From assembly GCF_006345805.1 (NCBI RefSeq), contig NC_043017.1, positions 30,938,001-31,002,000 on the forward strand: DNA of 64,000 nt, in the 5' to 3' direction. This document shows positions 26,913 to 41,963 of this stretch, one piece after another; the stretch's first letter is position 1; every line of letters begins with the position of its first letter. A program made the position numbers and the translations under genes. The stretch is from Octopus sinensis (taxonomy: Eukaryota). Under the pieces are notes generated by a model. It ran no database searches and was not told where the DNA came from. It saw only the letters and a program-made list of their open reading frames with translations.

Positions 26913-27135
26913 ATGATAGCGGTGGCGATGGTGATGGTGATGATGATGATGATGATGATCATGATTATGATGATGATGATGGTGGTGGTGGTGATGATGA
27001 TGATGATGATGAGGATGAAGATGATGATGATGATGGTGATGATGATGATGATGATGATGGTGGCGATGATGGTGATGATCATGATGATGATGGTGATGAT
27101 GATGATGTTGTTGATGATGATGATGATGATGATGG
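25250..27135. repeat. Large (GAT)n / (ATT,CAT)n / (GAT)n triplet block
   Basis: Direct; source of the poly-M, poly-I and poly-H ORFs. Confidence 0.95.
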
Positions 27136-27352
27136 TATTGTTCAATTCGGTTTCACCCAGAACTGTAAAAACGGAGTCTGTGACTAAACTTTATTCAAAA
27201 CGTCACAACTTGCAAATTTCCAAGAATCGGGTTAATTATTTCACAATGAAACTGAATTAATTCCAATGCTTAAAAATGCCACTCAAGTACGCAAGTGATT
27301 GTTGTTATTGTTGCTGTCCCATGTGTGTGTGTGTGTATGAGTGAGTTGTGTA

Positions 27353-27399
<47 letters not shown>

Positions 27400-27734
27400 G
27401 TGTGTGTGTTTTGTTTTCTTTAGTAGAAAATATTTGTTGATACGATGTTGTCATTTATATCAACATGATTATTATCATTCCTTTTCGTGGCAGCCATAGT
27501 TATCATTACCAGCACAACACACATCATCATCATCACCATTACTGTTGTCATCCCGTCGTCATCACCATTATCATCATCATCATCATTTTTCGTTTTGCTG
27601 TTGTTGTTGTCGTTGTTGTTTTCTAAAATACTAGACACAAAGAAAAGATTAAAAATGACATCTCATTGTTTAATTCATTTTTATCAATGAAACGAACCAT
27701 TTCTATGGAATGATAAATAGAACAGGAACATTTA

Positions 27735-28500
<766 letters not shown>

Positions 28501-29469
28501 GCATACGCACATAGTTACACAGCTAGAGACATACATAAAAAAGCTTGAGAGCGTCAATTTTTCTGTTTTATATTTGTATATTATATGACATTTTCTACTT
28601 GTACTTATTTACAGATTGGCGTTATAAACGAAGCTAAAATAATAGAAAGAAACAGTCCAGGCATATACGGAATTAACTTAAAAATATATCAAATTTATAG
28701 AAAAAGTATGCAAAATTTTATAAAGCTCGAAAATAACCGAAATACAAAACAAGAAAAGTAACCTCTTAAATAGCCCTTAAAAACGAAAATCAGCATACTC
28801 ACAAATACACATATAATGTGTATATGCCTATATGTGTATATATAAATTATTAAAGAAACAGAGGCAGCCAAACTGTTGAATAAGCATACAACACAAACGA
28901 AACACAAATAAGAATTTAGTGAAACATATTACATATTCAGAATTCAATTGTATTCAACATACATAATGTCTGCAAGAAAATATTGATAAATGAGACAATA
29001 AAAGTGTATAATTAAAGTAAATTTTCTTGTCTTTCATACTTCAACACCGTATTGTTGTTATTCTTCCACCATTCCTATTTCTTGCTTCTGTTTTCCACTT
29101 CCTGTTCTTGCTGCTGTTATTGTTATTTTCCATTCTCCTGTCCTTCAATGATTTATGATATTTGCAAATAGACGATTTTTATAACTTGTTGACAGGAACT
29201 GTAGAATTAAATTATATCCAGAGTTCATTTAATTTTAGCTTGGTGGTTTGTTGGTTAGCTAAATTGCTGGCATGTCGGCTGGTTGGGTTGTTGGCTATTA
29301 TTCGCTCACATTTGTTTTTTGTTTTTGATTTCTACAAAGATGTTCTAAATAATAATACTGATGATAACGGTTTCAAATTTTGGCACAAGTCCAGCAATTT
29401 GGGGGGAGATGATGTGTCCGTTACAATAAACCCAGTGCTCAACTAGTACTTATTTTATAGAATTTCAAA

Positions 29470-29523
<54 letters not shown>

Positions 29524-29653
29524 GACTACGACTACGACTACTACTACGACTACGGCTACGACTACTACTACCACCACCACCACCATCACCGCTGCTGCTA
29601 CTGCCTCTGCTTCTACTTCTGCTAATGCCTCCATTAAACTAATAATAATAATA

Positions 29654-29692
<39 letters not shown>

Positions 29693-29760
29693 TTAATAAT
29701 AATAATAACATTATTAATAATAATAATAATAATAATAATAATGATAATAATAATAATAAC
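29470..29760. repeat. (ACT)/(ACG)/(CAC) then (AAT)n triplets
   Basis: Direct. Confidence 0.95.
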
Positions 29761-30123
29761 TCTATAAACGTATCTGTCAAGACCTACCAGAAACCGTTAT
29801 CATAGGAGCCCTGGGAATGATAGCAAAAGGGGCTGATTGCTACCTAACTCAGATACCAGGAAACCCCAAAAATTCAAAAGACAGTGCTCATGGGAACTGC
29901 TCATATCCTACGCAAAATACTTTCTATGTAATCTCAAGTTTTAAAACAAACATAATTTTCTTATGTTTTTTTTTAGACTTTCACTAGTACAACACTAAAT
30001 ACAAAACCAAATATATGGCACACTAGGCATAACAACAACACGAACTTCCAACCTGTTGTCTCTTGAGGTCTCTGGGTGAGACTTGGAGCCAACTTGTACA
30101 AATATAAATCAAAAGTGAAATAT
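29760..30123 (+). mobile_element. 5'-truncated R4/Dong-like LINE 3' end
   Basis: ETVIIGALGMIAKG...IQKTVLMGTAHILRKILSM* is typical of the RLE-type C-terminus; 3' UTR follows; (AAT)n on both sides. Confidence 0.82.
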
Positions 30124-30160
30124 AATAATAATATTAATAATAATAATAATAATAATAATG

Positions 30161-30193
<33 letters not shown>

Positions 30194-30883
30194 TAATAAT
30201 AATAATAATAAGGCAAAAGAGCTGGAGGTTTGGAGGAGAGGCAGAGTTCTAAACGTCGACCCTCGTGCTCAGTTGGTATTTATAGATTGCAATGTGATGA
30301 TAGGCAAAATTTCACATTCGTACTGTTCATGCTGTTGTTGCATGTTATTTAGTTGCATCTGTAATCAATTCCTATACATGACATTAACAGACTCCCCAAT
30401 TCTTGACTACAGCACTTGACCGGTCTCCAGTATCGTATGAGAGCAGCATTCAATGAAATCCTACACAAGACAGAATGAACAGCTCACGTTATTGTTCTTG
30501 TGAAAGTCATTCTAATCCTTTCACAAGTAATTATACCCAAGACCCAGAAAATTATACAAATCTTCCATGCTTATAAGCAACATATAAAATCTTCTGGTTC
30601 GTTCGATGTAGCAAAGGAGTTATACACGTGATCAACAAAGACATATTACCAGCAAACAATGGATACTGGAAAGGTATGTAAGAATGAAAGAAGCAACCGC
30701 TGATGATCACATGAAGCAGGGAAAAGAAGAAAGCCTTCTTTTAAAACAAAGGTATTTGACAATATTTAACTTATATGGATATTGAAGACACCAGTAGATA
30801 ACTGCTGCTACAACACAAATGGAATTCATTAAACGTTATGAAATCTGGAACAATAATTCCATTAAAAATCAAAAGCATACAAG

Positions 30884-31400
30884 TCATCATCATCATTGTT
30901 CGACCGTGGTCAAGACAATGGAATTTCCTATGTTACGCCAGACTTCACGGTCCAGCATAGCATTACGGAGGTCCTGTTGCTGGATGCCTGTATCCCTGGA
31001 GATAACATCAGGATAGGAGAGTGTGCGCCCTCTGGTATTGCGAATAGATGGCTTCCAGAGGAGAAGAGTAGAAATTACCTCGTTTTCAACTCTACAACAA
31101 TGTCCAGCAAACTGGACTCTCCTACCTTTCACAAGAGATGACACAGGTGGTAGTTTCCCATATATTTGCATTTTGGTTGGATGGCGCTTCCACGAAGATT
31201 TTTTAGCTCTCATAAGGAGGCAAGTGTAGGTTCCATCCAACCGCCTCTCAAGCTTCTTTGATAACGTCCAGGTTTCTGAGCCATATAGTAGAATTGGTTC
31301 GACTGTGGCTTTGAAGATTTCAAGTTTGAAGTCTCTACTTAGATTTGATGACCAGATCTTATGCATGTCATTACAGGCTGACCAGGCCATACAAGAAAGA
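30884..31400 (-). mobile_element. RTE-like LINE 3' end
   Basis: KIWSSNLSRDFKLEIFKATVEPILLYGSETWTL ... RRVQFAGHC ... DREVWR, followed by a (TGA)n tail. Confidence 0.82.
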
Positions 31401-31499
31401 CCAATACCCCAGTCTTAAAAGTACATTCCAATTGACTCTTTGTCTCTATTACTATTTTGATTAACCATGACTTAATTAACAAGCATATTTCAGTAAGAT

Positions 31500-32147
31500 G
31501 TACAGATGCTATAAACAAACAACGCGTGTGACTTGAAGTATTAGAGCTTCTGTTTCCGGTTTTAAATCACTTTAAGTCATCCATAGCCATCTTTCTTCTC
31601 TCTCTGTCTTATCTTCAACATCACTATGAAAATGACCATGCATTCTTTTCTTTATCCACCTATTTTCAGTTTCATTCATTCCCAAGTGCTTGTACAGTGC
31701 TTTATCTTTGCAATCTTCCATCCTACGCAAGCCTCACCTTCTTAATTCCAATAATAGTGGTTCTGGGGAATTTTTACATACCATGCTATCTTGTTTTCTA
31801 CTGTTCTAACGATGTTCGCATCCAATAAGTCCTCTTGCCCCTCTTTTCCTTGGTACATGCAGACTTTCTGTGTCACTTTTTGGGTCGAGTATCCCATATC
31901 TAGTTAGCAACTTCCTTGTCTTTCTGTCTAAGCTGTTTAATTCGTCTTCTGCCCATGCGATTAACCCTGCTCCATATCTAAGGTGTGGAACTACCCAGGT
32001 GTTGATAGCTTCAAACTTGTTCCGTTCGTTGAACTTCGACTTTAGGTTTAGACTCAGTCTCCGCAAGTACTCCACCTTAAATTTCTCTGTCATTTCTTTT
32101 TCCATCAATTTATCCATTTCCAATATCCCGAGAGAATAATATTTAGG
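31500..32147 (-). mobile_element. R4/Dong-like LINE fragment, same family as 15484-16228
   Basis: LGILEMDKLMEKEMTEKFKVEYLRRL ... then WIKKRMHGHF ... WLWMT*SDLKPETEALIL; abuts (ATT)n. Confidence 0.85.
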
Positions 32148-32226
32148 GACTATAATTATTATTATCATTATCATTGTTATTATTTTTATTGTCATTATTA
32201 TTATTATTATAAATATTATTGTTATA

Positions 32227-32275
<49 letters not shown>

Positions 32276-32731
32276 TATTATTATTATTATTATATTATTA
32301 TTATAAAAATCTCATTAGCCACAAGGAATCAAATTCATACGAAAACACAATGAACTTTAAACAAAGGCCATACAAAGACGATAAGCGTTTTGAAGCTATT
32401 ATAGAACTGAAACGAAAAAAAAAGTTAAATTATTCTAAACGAAGCGCAAAATACTGAATTAAATTTAATTAAACATCAGTAAAAATATTTTTTTCTGCTC
32501 TCCATTGTTTAGAATAGGTTAAAGTACTTCACCTCCAATATTGGAAAACCATTCACTCGTACTACCCTCTGTTGTACACATAAGTGTCCGTTAATAATTT
32601 TTCTTGAGTCGCATGAGACAGACTACAGCCCATATTTTCACTTCTTTGCAATATCTTCGTATTGCTTTTACAAGGAAATTTTCACTACACGCCACTGGTT
32701 TTTACATCTCCGAGATTTCTACAGCATCACG

Positions 32732-33115
32732 GGGAAGCACTCCGTCGGTTACGACGATGAGGGTTCCGTTTGATCCGATCAACGGAACAGCCTGCTCGTG
32801 AAATTAACGTGTAAGTGGCTGAGCACTCCACAGACACGTGTACCCTTAACGTAGTTCTCGGGAATATTCAGCGTGACACAGAGAGTGACAAGGCCGGCCC
32901 TTTGAAATACAGGTACAACAGAAACAGGAAGTAAGAGTGAGAGAAAGTTGTGGTGAAAGAGTACAGCAGGGATCACCACCATCCCTGCTGGAGCCGCGTG
33001 GAGCTTTATGTGTTTTCGCTCAATAAACACTCACATCGCCCGGTCTGGGAATCGAAACTGCGATCCTACGACCGCGAGTCCGCTGCACTAACCATTCGGC
33101 CATTGCGCCTCCACA
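32732..33115 (-). mobile_element. tRNA(Arg)-like SINE family C, full length, 11-bp TSD acagcatcacg
   Basis: Reverse complement of 35430-35813; TSD at 32721-32731 and 33116-33126. Confidence 0.92.
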
Positions 33116-33860
33116 ACAGCATCACGTATGGCTGTGTTAACTAAAATATACCTGTATTTTGACTGAGTCTTATTTCTTGGGGTGGTCCATAATGTACCCC
33201 CATATTTTTTCATAGAACTTGTCTGGAAAATTCTTGTCGTGCTTCTTTCGTCGAAACTTAGACACCTACGCCATTCTTCTCGAAGCACAGGAATGTTATT
33301 GAATTCTTCACTCACTCTTGGATAAGGTGACACCTGTTGATTTAACATATTTTTCTAATTAATTCTTCTTTAGGGAAATAGGAATACATCCCAAAACTGC
33401 ATTCCATCTGCAACGATAGAAGCAATGCTAGTTTCTTCAACACCACTATAATTACGACAAAATAGTTACCTACTCCCCAACAACTTACACCCTGCTGTCT
33501 TAGAAATATGATGACGCATTAGATAACGTGCACAGCGATATCTCTTAAATATTTCATTAGGTTTGCTCAATTAACAATATTCTGCTGCTAAAATAATAGC
33601 AATATTAACTTCTACCGAAAGCCACATTAAGATTTGGTAGGTGGATTTCGGAAAGTAAAGCGATAGGTTGAAGAGTATTCTCAAACATAGTTTCAAAGGA
33701 AATCTACTCCGATGTCTACGATATATGATAGATGATGACGATGTAATGGTGGTGGCAGTGGTGGTGTTGGCGGTGGCGGTAGTGGTGGTATTGGCGGTAG
33801 TGGTGATGGCGGTGGTGGTGGCGGAGGTGTTGGTGGTGGTGGTATGGTGGTATTGGTAGA

Positions 33861-34094
33861 GGCGGCGAGATGGCAGAAACGTTAGCACGCCGGGCAAAAT
33901 ACTTTGTGGAATTTTGTCCGCCGCTACGTTCTGAGTTCAAATTCCGCCAAGGTCGACTTTGCCTTTCATCCTCTCGGGGTCGATTAAATAAGTAACAGTT
34001 ACGCACTGGGGTCGATATAATCGACTTAATCCGTTCGTCTGTCCTTGTTTGTCCCCTCTGCGTTTAGCCCCTTGTGGGTAGTAAAGAAATAGGT
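33861..34094 (+). mobile_element. SINE family B, full length
   Basis: ggcggcgagatggcagaaacgttagc...gtcgactttgcctttcatcc...gtaaagaaatagg; embedded in (GGT)n. Confidence 0.92.
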
Positions 34095-34650
34095 ACTGGT
34101 AGTGGTGGTAGCGGTAGTACGGTGATAGTGGTATTGATATTGGTGGTGGTGGTCGTGGTTGTGATTCTGGTGGTGTTCGTAGTCCTGGTGGTAGTTGTAA
34201 CAAATTTTATCTCCGCTCATCATACCCAGGATGATTGAATATGTGTTGAGAATTAACAGAAAGATGACACATTGACGTCGATGATGATGATGGTGATGAG
34301 GACGACGATAATGATGATGATGGCGACGACGACGACGACGGTGATGGGGATGATTATAAAGATGTCGGTGTTGGTTCGTTGTCGTCTTCGTTTTGAGTTC
34401 GATGGCGGTAATGATCAAGCAAATAAGGTAATAGTGAATGGTTTTACGAGTAGTTATTTTGGTAATAATGTCGGTTAAAGTTGCCATTACAAATGAAAGG
34501 AAAAAAATTGGAAGTGATTAATGAGGCTAGTATAGGGAATGGTATTGATTGTGATTGATTGAGTAGGTGAAAAAGGTAAACGTTTACTCTCGTTGAAAAT
34601 GATATTTAGGAGAAAACGGAGCAGTCGGTTAATCTATGAGAAAAAGAGTG

Positions 34651-35077
34651 GGATCTTTTCGGTTCGAACGGCAGTTTTTTCTAGCGGTGTCATATGGAAT
34701 TGTCACCCATAATTTTGACCCTAGTATCGATCTATTGCATTTCAATCTGTTTTAGGGTTAGGGTTAGTTATGGTTAGGGGTGGGGGAAGGGTATTTTTTT
34801 TTGTTCACAAGTGTAAATAAACCCAGTCTGTTTCTTAAACGAGAGACATATTCATACGGCACAGATGTTTTTTTTACCTCAATAGGCGTCAGTGATTGGT
34901 TTAAATTGTAGAACCTGAAGAAAAACAACAACAAATATCTTACAAACTATAGAATTTTCTCAATAAAGCCAAGAGAAAAAGATGTTTTATAAACACATTC
35001 TACCAGTATATGAAGTTAGAAATTTTTTAGTTACCTAGAAATTATGTTAAAAACTGCCGTTCAAACCGAAGAGATCC
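34651..35077. mobile_element. MITE second copy, 8-bp TSD aaagagtg
   Basis: Same TIRs and interior as 21555-21987 in the opposite orientation; ttagggttagggttag inside. Confidence 0.9.
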
Positions 35078-35429
35078 AAAGAGTGGAGTTCGAAACGAAC
35101 AAATTTTGTGTGCGAGTGTGTTACACATACATACATCAAACAGAACATATGTTCTTCTAAAGCCATAATGCTCCTAAGGGCAGTTATCAAGATTCTGTAG
35201 TATGTGTATACCCTGATTAGAGAAGACGCCGATGTTTCGTAGTATTACTCGTTTTGGCCGACTGAGTGGAATACAGCAACGCAAAATGAAGTGGGGTTTT
35301 TTTTTGAAGAACACAGTGTATCGGTACAGGAATTGAAACCACAATCTTTGGGTTGCAAAATACTTAACTATTAAACCACGTTTCTGCACACAGTCATATT
35401 TTTATGCGTTCATATACATACAAGAGTGA

Positions 35430-35813
35430 GGAGGCGCAATGGCCCAGTGGTTAGGGCAGCGGACTCGCGGTCATAGGATCGCGGTTTCGATTCCCAGACC
35501 GGGCGTTGTGAGTGTTTATTGAGGAAAAACACCTAAAAGCTCCACGAGGCTCCGACAGGGGATGGTGGTGATACCTGCTGTACTCTTTCACCACAACTTT
35601 CTCTCACTCTTACTTCCTGTTTCTGTTGTACTTGTATTTCAAGGGGCCGGCCTTGTCACTCTCTGTGTCACGCTGAATATCCCCGAGAACTACGTTAAGG
35701 GTACACGTGTCTGTGGAATGCTCAGCCACTTACACGTTAATTTCACGAGCAGGCTGTTCCGTCGATTCGGATCAACCGGAACCCTCATCGTCGTAACCGA
35801 CGGAGTGCTTCCG
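35430..35813 (+). mobile_element. tRNA(Arg)-like SINE family C, full length, 10-bp TSD acaagagtga
   Basis: A-box ggcccagtggtt, TCG anticodon-like loop, B-box gtttcgattcc; TSD at 35420-35429 and 35814-35823. Confidence 0.92.
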
Positions 35814-35864
35814 ACAAGAGTGAACTTTAAGTAGTATATAAGATTTTTTTTTCTTTTCTACTCT

Positions 35865-36235
35865 AGGCATAAGGCTCGAAATTTTGGGGGAAGAGGGCCA
35901 GTCGATTAGATCGACCCCAGTACGCAACTAATGCTTTATTTATTAGCCCCGAATGGATGAACGCCGAAGTCGACCTCCGCGGAATTTGAACTCAGAACAT
36001 GAAGACAGACGAAATACCTATTTGTTTACTACCCACAAGGTGATATACACAGAGGGGACAAACAAGGACAGACAAACAGATTAAGTCCATTATATCGACC
36101 CCAGTGCGTAACTGGTACTTAATTAATCGCCCCGAAAGAATGAAAGGCAAAGTCGACCTCGGCGGAATTTGAACTCTGAATTTAGCGGCTGACGAAATAC
36201 CGCTATTTCGCCCGGCGTGCCAGCTCACCGCCTTA
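35865..36235 (-). mobile_element. Two tandem SINE-B copies
   Basis: aagtcgacctc.gcggaatttgaactc occurs twice. Confidence 0.85.
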
Positions 36236-36604
36236 GTATATAAGTATTTGTATGCAAGAAATTTTCTTACACTCATTTAACGGGTGTTTCGGTATTTGTA
36301 ATGATATATACAATTAGATGTGTGTAGGTGTGACGGTATATCATTTATATTGCCATGTAAAGAATACTCACACACACACACTCATATGTATTTACATATA
36401 TATATACAAGAGCAAAACGCCCCCTGTCCAATGGACAGTACTGAATCAAAAGCAATCAGTGTTTTCTTTTCATTAAAAAATAATTAAGCATGACTTTATT
36501 TCAATAAAATTTATGGTTTTGTTAAACGATGTTAAGCAAAAAAAAAAAAAAACTTCTTGAGAAACCAAATAGTCTTTCCTTCCTTCATGCCAAGTTTGAA
36601 GAAA

Positions 36605-36650
36605 ATATCTGCCCGACGAACGGGAACGTGAAACTCCGAGTAACAGCTTT
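36605..36650 (+). ncRNA. Type I hammerhead, core CCGACGA (family V)
   Basis: ctgc-ccgacga-acg(ggaa)cgt-gaa-actc(c)gagt-a-acag; followed by tttctgctgcttttaaataaagtatat and (TA)n, as at 52088. Confidence 0.7.
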
Positions 36651-36702
36651 TATTACATTTCTGCTGCTTTTAAATAAAGTATATGTATATATGCATACAC
36701 AC

Positions 36703-36783
<81 letters not shown>

Positions 36784-37358
36784 TTCGAAAAGCGACAGGG
36801 ATAAAGAGAGAGTAGCTAAGAGATTTATAAGCAGACAGCTATATTGACAGTCAGGTAGGCAAACCGGCATTCATGTATACATATATATAAAGCGTATTTA
36901 CTAAAGTCTATAGGCATATCTTTCTCCATGTGGTTCATTGTGTGTGTGAAACGAACGTAAACTTTTCAACTGTCATTTTCCTAAGTTCTTTTTATTATTT
37001 TATTACATTTTCTGATTTTTTATAACGAGTTTTTCATATTTTATTTTTATTTAGTTTTTTAATTATTTTTTTTTTTTCGCCTGCCTTTCCTAATTTTTTT
37101 TTTCTTTCCTTCCCTCCGTCTGCTTTTCATCATTTTCTCTTTAGAAATCATCCTAATTCTTGCTGACAGTAAGAATGCGAAGTGCATCACAAATATGAGA
37201 TTTGAATGAATGAAAAAAAAAAGGACAAAATGCCTCAACAATAAATTTGATGAAATATTTTTTATTTTTATTTTTAGTATTTAGCTGTCTATCGTCTATA
37301 TATGTGATTATGTAGGAACATATCCATGCGAATATTTTGTGCCGGTACACATACGCAC

Positions 37359-37403
<45 letters not shown>

Positions 37404-37532
37404 CTATCTCTCAACACGCATATACACATTTATAGGTATGTATTCATGTATGTATTTATATATGTGTCCGTATGCGTATGTGCATAAATATATATATATA
37501 TATATATATACATATGTATGTGTGTATATATA

Positions 37533-37587
<55 letters not shown>

Positions 37588-37933
37588 GTATATATGTAAG
37601 CATATATTTGTTTGTGTGTTGTTCCTGGAGAATTTGATAATACACTTACACATTTAGACTTTATAGATTTTCTGTCGTTGGATTTCAACCATTCTAAATA
37701 CCACTTTCTGGTATGTATAATCGAGTATATAAACACAATTCTTTATTTCATTCTGGTATATAGTTCATCGATAACCACTTGTCGAACCGTTAAACTTCAC
37801 AACATAGTGTCACACCACAAAGACAACACATGCACACCAGGTGCCTTTATTTGGGGTCTACAGAGTCAAAGCTAATGTAAGACTTAACGTCAACTGCAGC
37901 ATTAACTAGATCAGAGATTCTAGAAGACATATG

Positions 37934-37984
<51 letters not shown>

Positions 37985-38679
37985 AGTATGTATGTATGTA
38001 TTACCTCCCCATCCCTCCTCTTTTCTGCCTTTTATTTCTCCAATTCTTTCCCTCTCCCCTTGATAGTTCTATGTCTGTCACTCTCTCTCCTTACTCTTCC
38101 TCATTTGCTCACCTGGCTCCCACGTAACCATCGGACATTTTCTTTCTTCTAACTTCTGTTTCATTCATCCTGTTGCAGCTGGTCAACGAAGACGACGTAT
38201 TTTTGCCTGCCTCCTGTCCAAGCTTGTTTCCTCGCGTTCGCCACCACAACATCGTTTAGACTTAGCAGCCCTTCCTGTTTGTTTTCAGTACCCTGTTTTG
38301 TCACCAATTTCGATCCTCCACAAAATCTTAAATTGGATTTCATTTGCTTTGCGGGAGCATCTGTTTTATCGAAGGCGTATCTTGGGTGAAATGCTCAAAA
38401 CACAGATTAGGAAAACAGCCGACAACTGATGAAGGATCATTCTTTGTGTTGTTTTCCATTTGTTTCTTTCGTTGCTGGCAAAGTAAAAGTGTATATTCCA
38501 TGTCCTCGTACTTCGTATTTTTTGTTTATACTTCGTATATTTTTATGTATATATATATATATACATGGATGTGTGTCTTTGTGTTTTCCAACCGATGCTG
38601 CTTTGTTTATGTCTCTCTAACGTAGTCAGATTACTGTCTGATGTAAAAGATATCAGATAAAAGATTCTACTACTAACTT

Positions 38680-38815
38680 AGCGGTTCGGCAAAAGACACC
38701 GATAAAATCAGTACCAGGCTTACAAAGAATAAGTCCAGGGATCGAATGTTTTGACTAAAAAGGTGGTGCTCCAGCATCGCCGCAGTTAAATGACTGAAAC
38801 ATGTAAGAGAATAAA
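38680..38815 (+). mobile_element. SINE family A, 3' half
   Basis: ttagcggttcggcaaaag ... ggtgctccagcat.gccgcagt. Confidence 0.85.
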
Positions 38816-39701
38816 AGTATTCTGCTGCTGCTGCTGCTTCTGCTGCTGCTACTGCTGTTGCTGCTACTGTAGCTGATAAATCTACATTTTGAGAGGGACA
38901 GGTAACTATCACATTCCTCTCTTCAAATGCGAGCATCAGTATAGAAATAAAATAATGAAAAATATGAACAATAGTAAAGAGAACAATCAGGTTTCACGGA
39001 TTGTGGAATTTTAGTGGAAAGATGAACGTGTGAATTGTTTTGAATATGTGTTATTAACCTTGTTTGTATTTAGGATCAGATCAGCTCTATGAGGCATAAA
39101 TAAAAGTTTTACAGCTGTGTTCACCTCAACTTCTCCATTATATGTAACCACAATATTGAGTTTCTTCTGCGTTTTTTTTACATAAGAGAGATTATTTTCA
39201 GGAACCTTCCCTTTTTCGTTTTTGCAGGGATTTTATGCTCCCTCATCGGCTCGTCATATCTTCGTTTTAGTGAGTTGCTTAGATGGAACCAAATTGTAAA
39301 ATTAATAAATTTTGACAATTCTTGCCTTCTTTTTCTTATATTTCAGGTTTGATGCCCGTTTGATGAAACACTTCTGTCGCTAGCGAAGTAACGTCTATGT
39401 AATCGCCCCGCTTTAACTCAATATTTGGTGCCTTAAATAAAAAAATATCTACTGGATAATTATGTCCGAGGAAATTGTATGGCAGCGTGAAGATCAACTC
39501 TTGTCACAACTGGAATGACTTCTATCATAGATCTTCTCTATAAGCACTGGAACTATAAAAGAAAATAGCATATATTAACATTTGTATTGCAAAAATTGTC
39601 GAAGGTGAGCTATAGTAATATGCAGCATTAAATTGTTTGACAGTACAAATGCATCAATTAATTAACATTGATGTTTTTCACCGTTGTTACAATCATCTGA
39701 A

Positions 39702-40058
39702 ATGGAAATCCCAAAGCACGATATTAAACTAATTTTGCTATTCAACTTCAAAAAAGGACCTACAGCAGCTGAAACTGCCCGCAATATTAACGAAACGTTC
39801 GGTGACGAAATGACCAGTGAGTGGACAGCTCGAAAATGATTTAATCAATTTCGCAGTGGAGACCTGGGCCTTGAAGATCGTGGGTGTAGTGGACGCCCAT
39901 CTGTCGCCGATAACAGTCCATTAAAGACATCCACGTAAAGCCACTCGAGACCTGACAAAATAACTTCCAACAACCATTCGCATGCAATCGGAAAATATAA
40001 AAAAATCTCGACAAATGGGGAACACACGATTTGAATGAAAATCAGAAAATACGCAGGT
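39702..40058 (+). mobile_element. Mariner transposase N-terminal fossil
   Basis: MEIPKHDIKLILLFNFKKGPTAAETARNINETFGDEMTSEWTARK*FNQFRSGDLGLEDRGCSGRPS..., then a decayed WVPHEL-like motif. Confidence 0.85.
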
Positions 40059-40689
40059 ATGCTACATTAGGATATTTCTTATCTGTGTGAACTAAGTCAA
40101 ATTCCTTCACTGAAAACAACAGTAAAACTTCTGCTATGAAATAGGAGTGACAGATTCTATTAGCAATAGCAACAAATTAAATGCAACAATGAAAAACTCG
40201 TCTCCGCTTTCTAATCGAAAATTTGGCAGAGCTAGAATGCACTATCTACAGAATAAGAAAAAATATCGATCACACTTTTTACCACAAGACCCCCAAGAGC
40301 GTTAGAAGTAGAGGAGCAAGTTAGATTAAGTTACGTTCATAGAACAGCACTACCAATGTACTTTACTCATTGCTAGCAACGGGATCCTTTCCTCGACATA
40401 AGATTTTTTCTTTGTAACAAATTGTAAAAACTTAGTGAAACATTTGAAACAAGCCTGGCGATTTACGAACGTCTTTAGAAATCCGTTCATTTACTTTGTG
40501 AGGTTGCTGGACGGCAAACGTATTTTTTCGGGTCTTTCTATTTTAACCAGAATAGCTTTACGCTTTGTCTGAACAGAACGTATCATCATCAAATGTCTAC
40601 ATTATGTGAGTTAATGCATAATAATGGCTTATGTCATCTCTTCAAAGTTACCGAACTCTGAATCATTAGAAAGTCGGATAAACACTGTC

Positions 40690-40923
40690 TCTCTTTTTAC
40701 TCTTTTACTTGTTTCAGTCATTTGACTGCTGCCATGCTGGAGCACCGCCTTTTAATCGAGCAACTCGACCCCGGGACTTATACTTTTGTAAGCCCAGTAC
40801 TTATTCTATCGGTCTCTTTTGCCGAACCGCTAAGTGACGGGGACATAAACACACCAGCATCGGCTGTCAAGCAATGCTAGGGGAACAAACACAGACACAC
40901 AAATACACACACTCCTGCGCCTA
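40690..40923 (-). mobile_element. SINE family A with internal deletion
   Basis: The 3' half is joined directly to actcctgcgcctat. Confidence 0.85.
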
Positions 40924-41932
40924 TAACACATGCAGTTTTGGTTCCGATTCATTTCACGAAAACTCCATTAAAGACGTCTTTTACCTATTTTGTATTCGTT
41001 CTTGAACGATAAATAAAATACTAGTCTAAAGCGATGAACTACTATCATTTTTGCACCATCGGACATGTTGGTTTCCAGTATTTACTCCACACGTTTTGTT
41101 CAAATTCCACCACGATAACAAAGTCTGGAGATAATCACCTGAAGAAGTTATGACACAGTTGAATACCTAATTACTTAGAGTGGATTAGTCGACATAAAAT
41201 TCATCACAGATAATCGGGAATTGTCTGCTGAGGTTTCCTTCAGTACTGATTAGTATATTAGAAAAAAAAGTGTCGTAAGGTATGTCGCCTTTGTATGAAT
41301 TAATAACATGAAGTGTAATGATCCTAGTTTACATCTGAATTCGTAAACTAAAGGTCGTTGATCTTGTATGCTTTATAGTATGGCTTGCAAGCAAGATTAC
41401 ATTCTAATTGTACATTTCTCTTAATATATTACTCATTCAGAAAGAAGACATTGTAACGCAGTATATCATACAATATCAATCAAACATCAGTTGATAAAAC
41501 AACTATATTTTGTCGAGCAGAAAGTAAAAACTTGAAGATTTATTATGGAAGTTAATCTTAGCAAGAAAATAAGAACAAATATCACGTCAGCATTATTCCG
41601 TGATTGCCGAAAGACAGATGATGTCAACAATTTGAATAAGAAACATACATCAATGATAACGAATGAGAAACAAACTATTAAAAAAATGTCTACTGTAAAA
41701 GAAAAGAAAAAAGGCAATAATAGTTGGCGCTAATATCGTTTCATCTCGCCAGAAGATAACACGGGAAATGTCTTGAAACATGGGCGGAACCAAAGAATTG
41801 ACTTATAAAAGAAGAAAACAACACGAGGACTAATAATAAAGTGGATAAAAAAAAAACGTTTATAAAACTCTCGGAAATATATAGATGGCTGAAGTAGAAG
41901 CTGTTTCTAACAAACAAACATACCTCTTTTCA

Positions 41933-41963
<31 letters not shown>

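Noticed and set aside
30360-30780. Possible CR1/L2 3' remnant
   Set aside because: Too decayed; only an LDYS-like tetrapeptide supports it.
33140-33560. Possible Tc1-like transposase remnant on the minus strand
   Set aside because: Only vague resemblance across several stops; no DDE motif or TIR seen.
38113-38252. Possible first coding exon on the minus strand (MLWWRTRG...GYVGA, GTGAGC donor)
   Set aside because: Only 46 codons, no homology recognised and no partner exon; could be chance in a slightly GC-richer patch.
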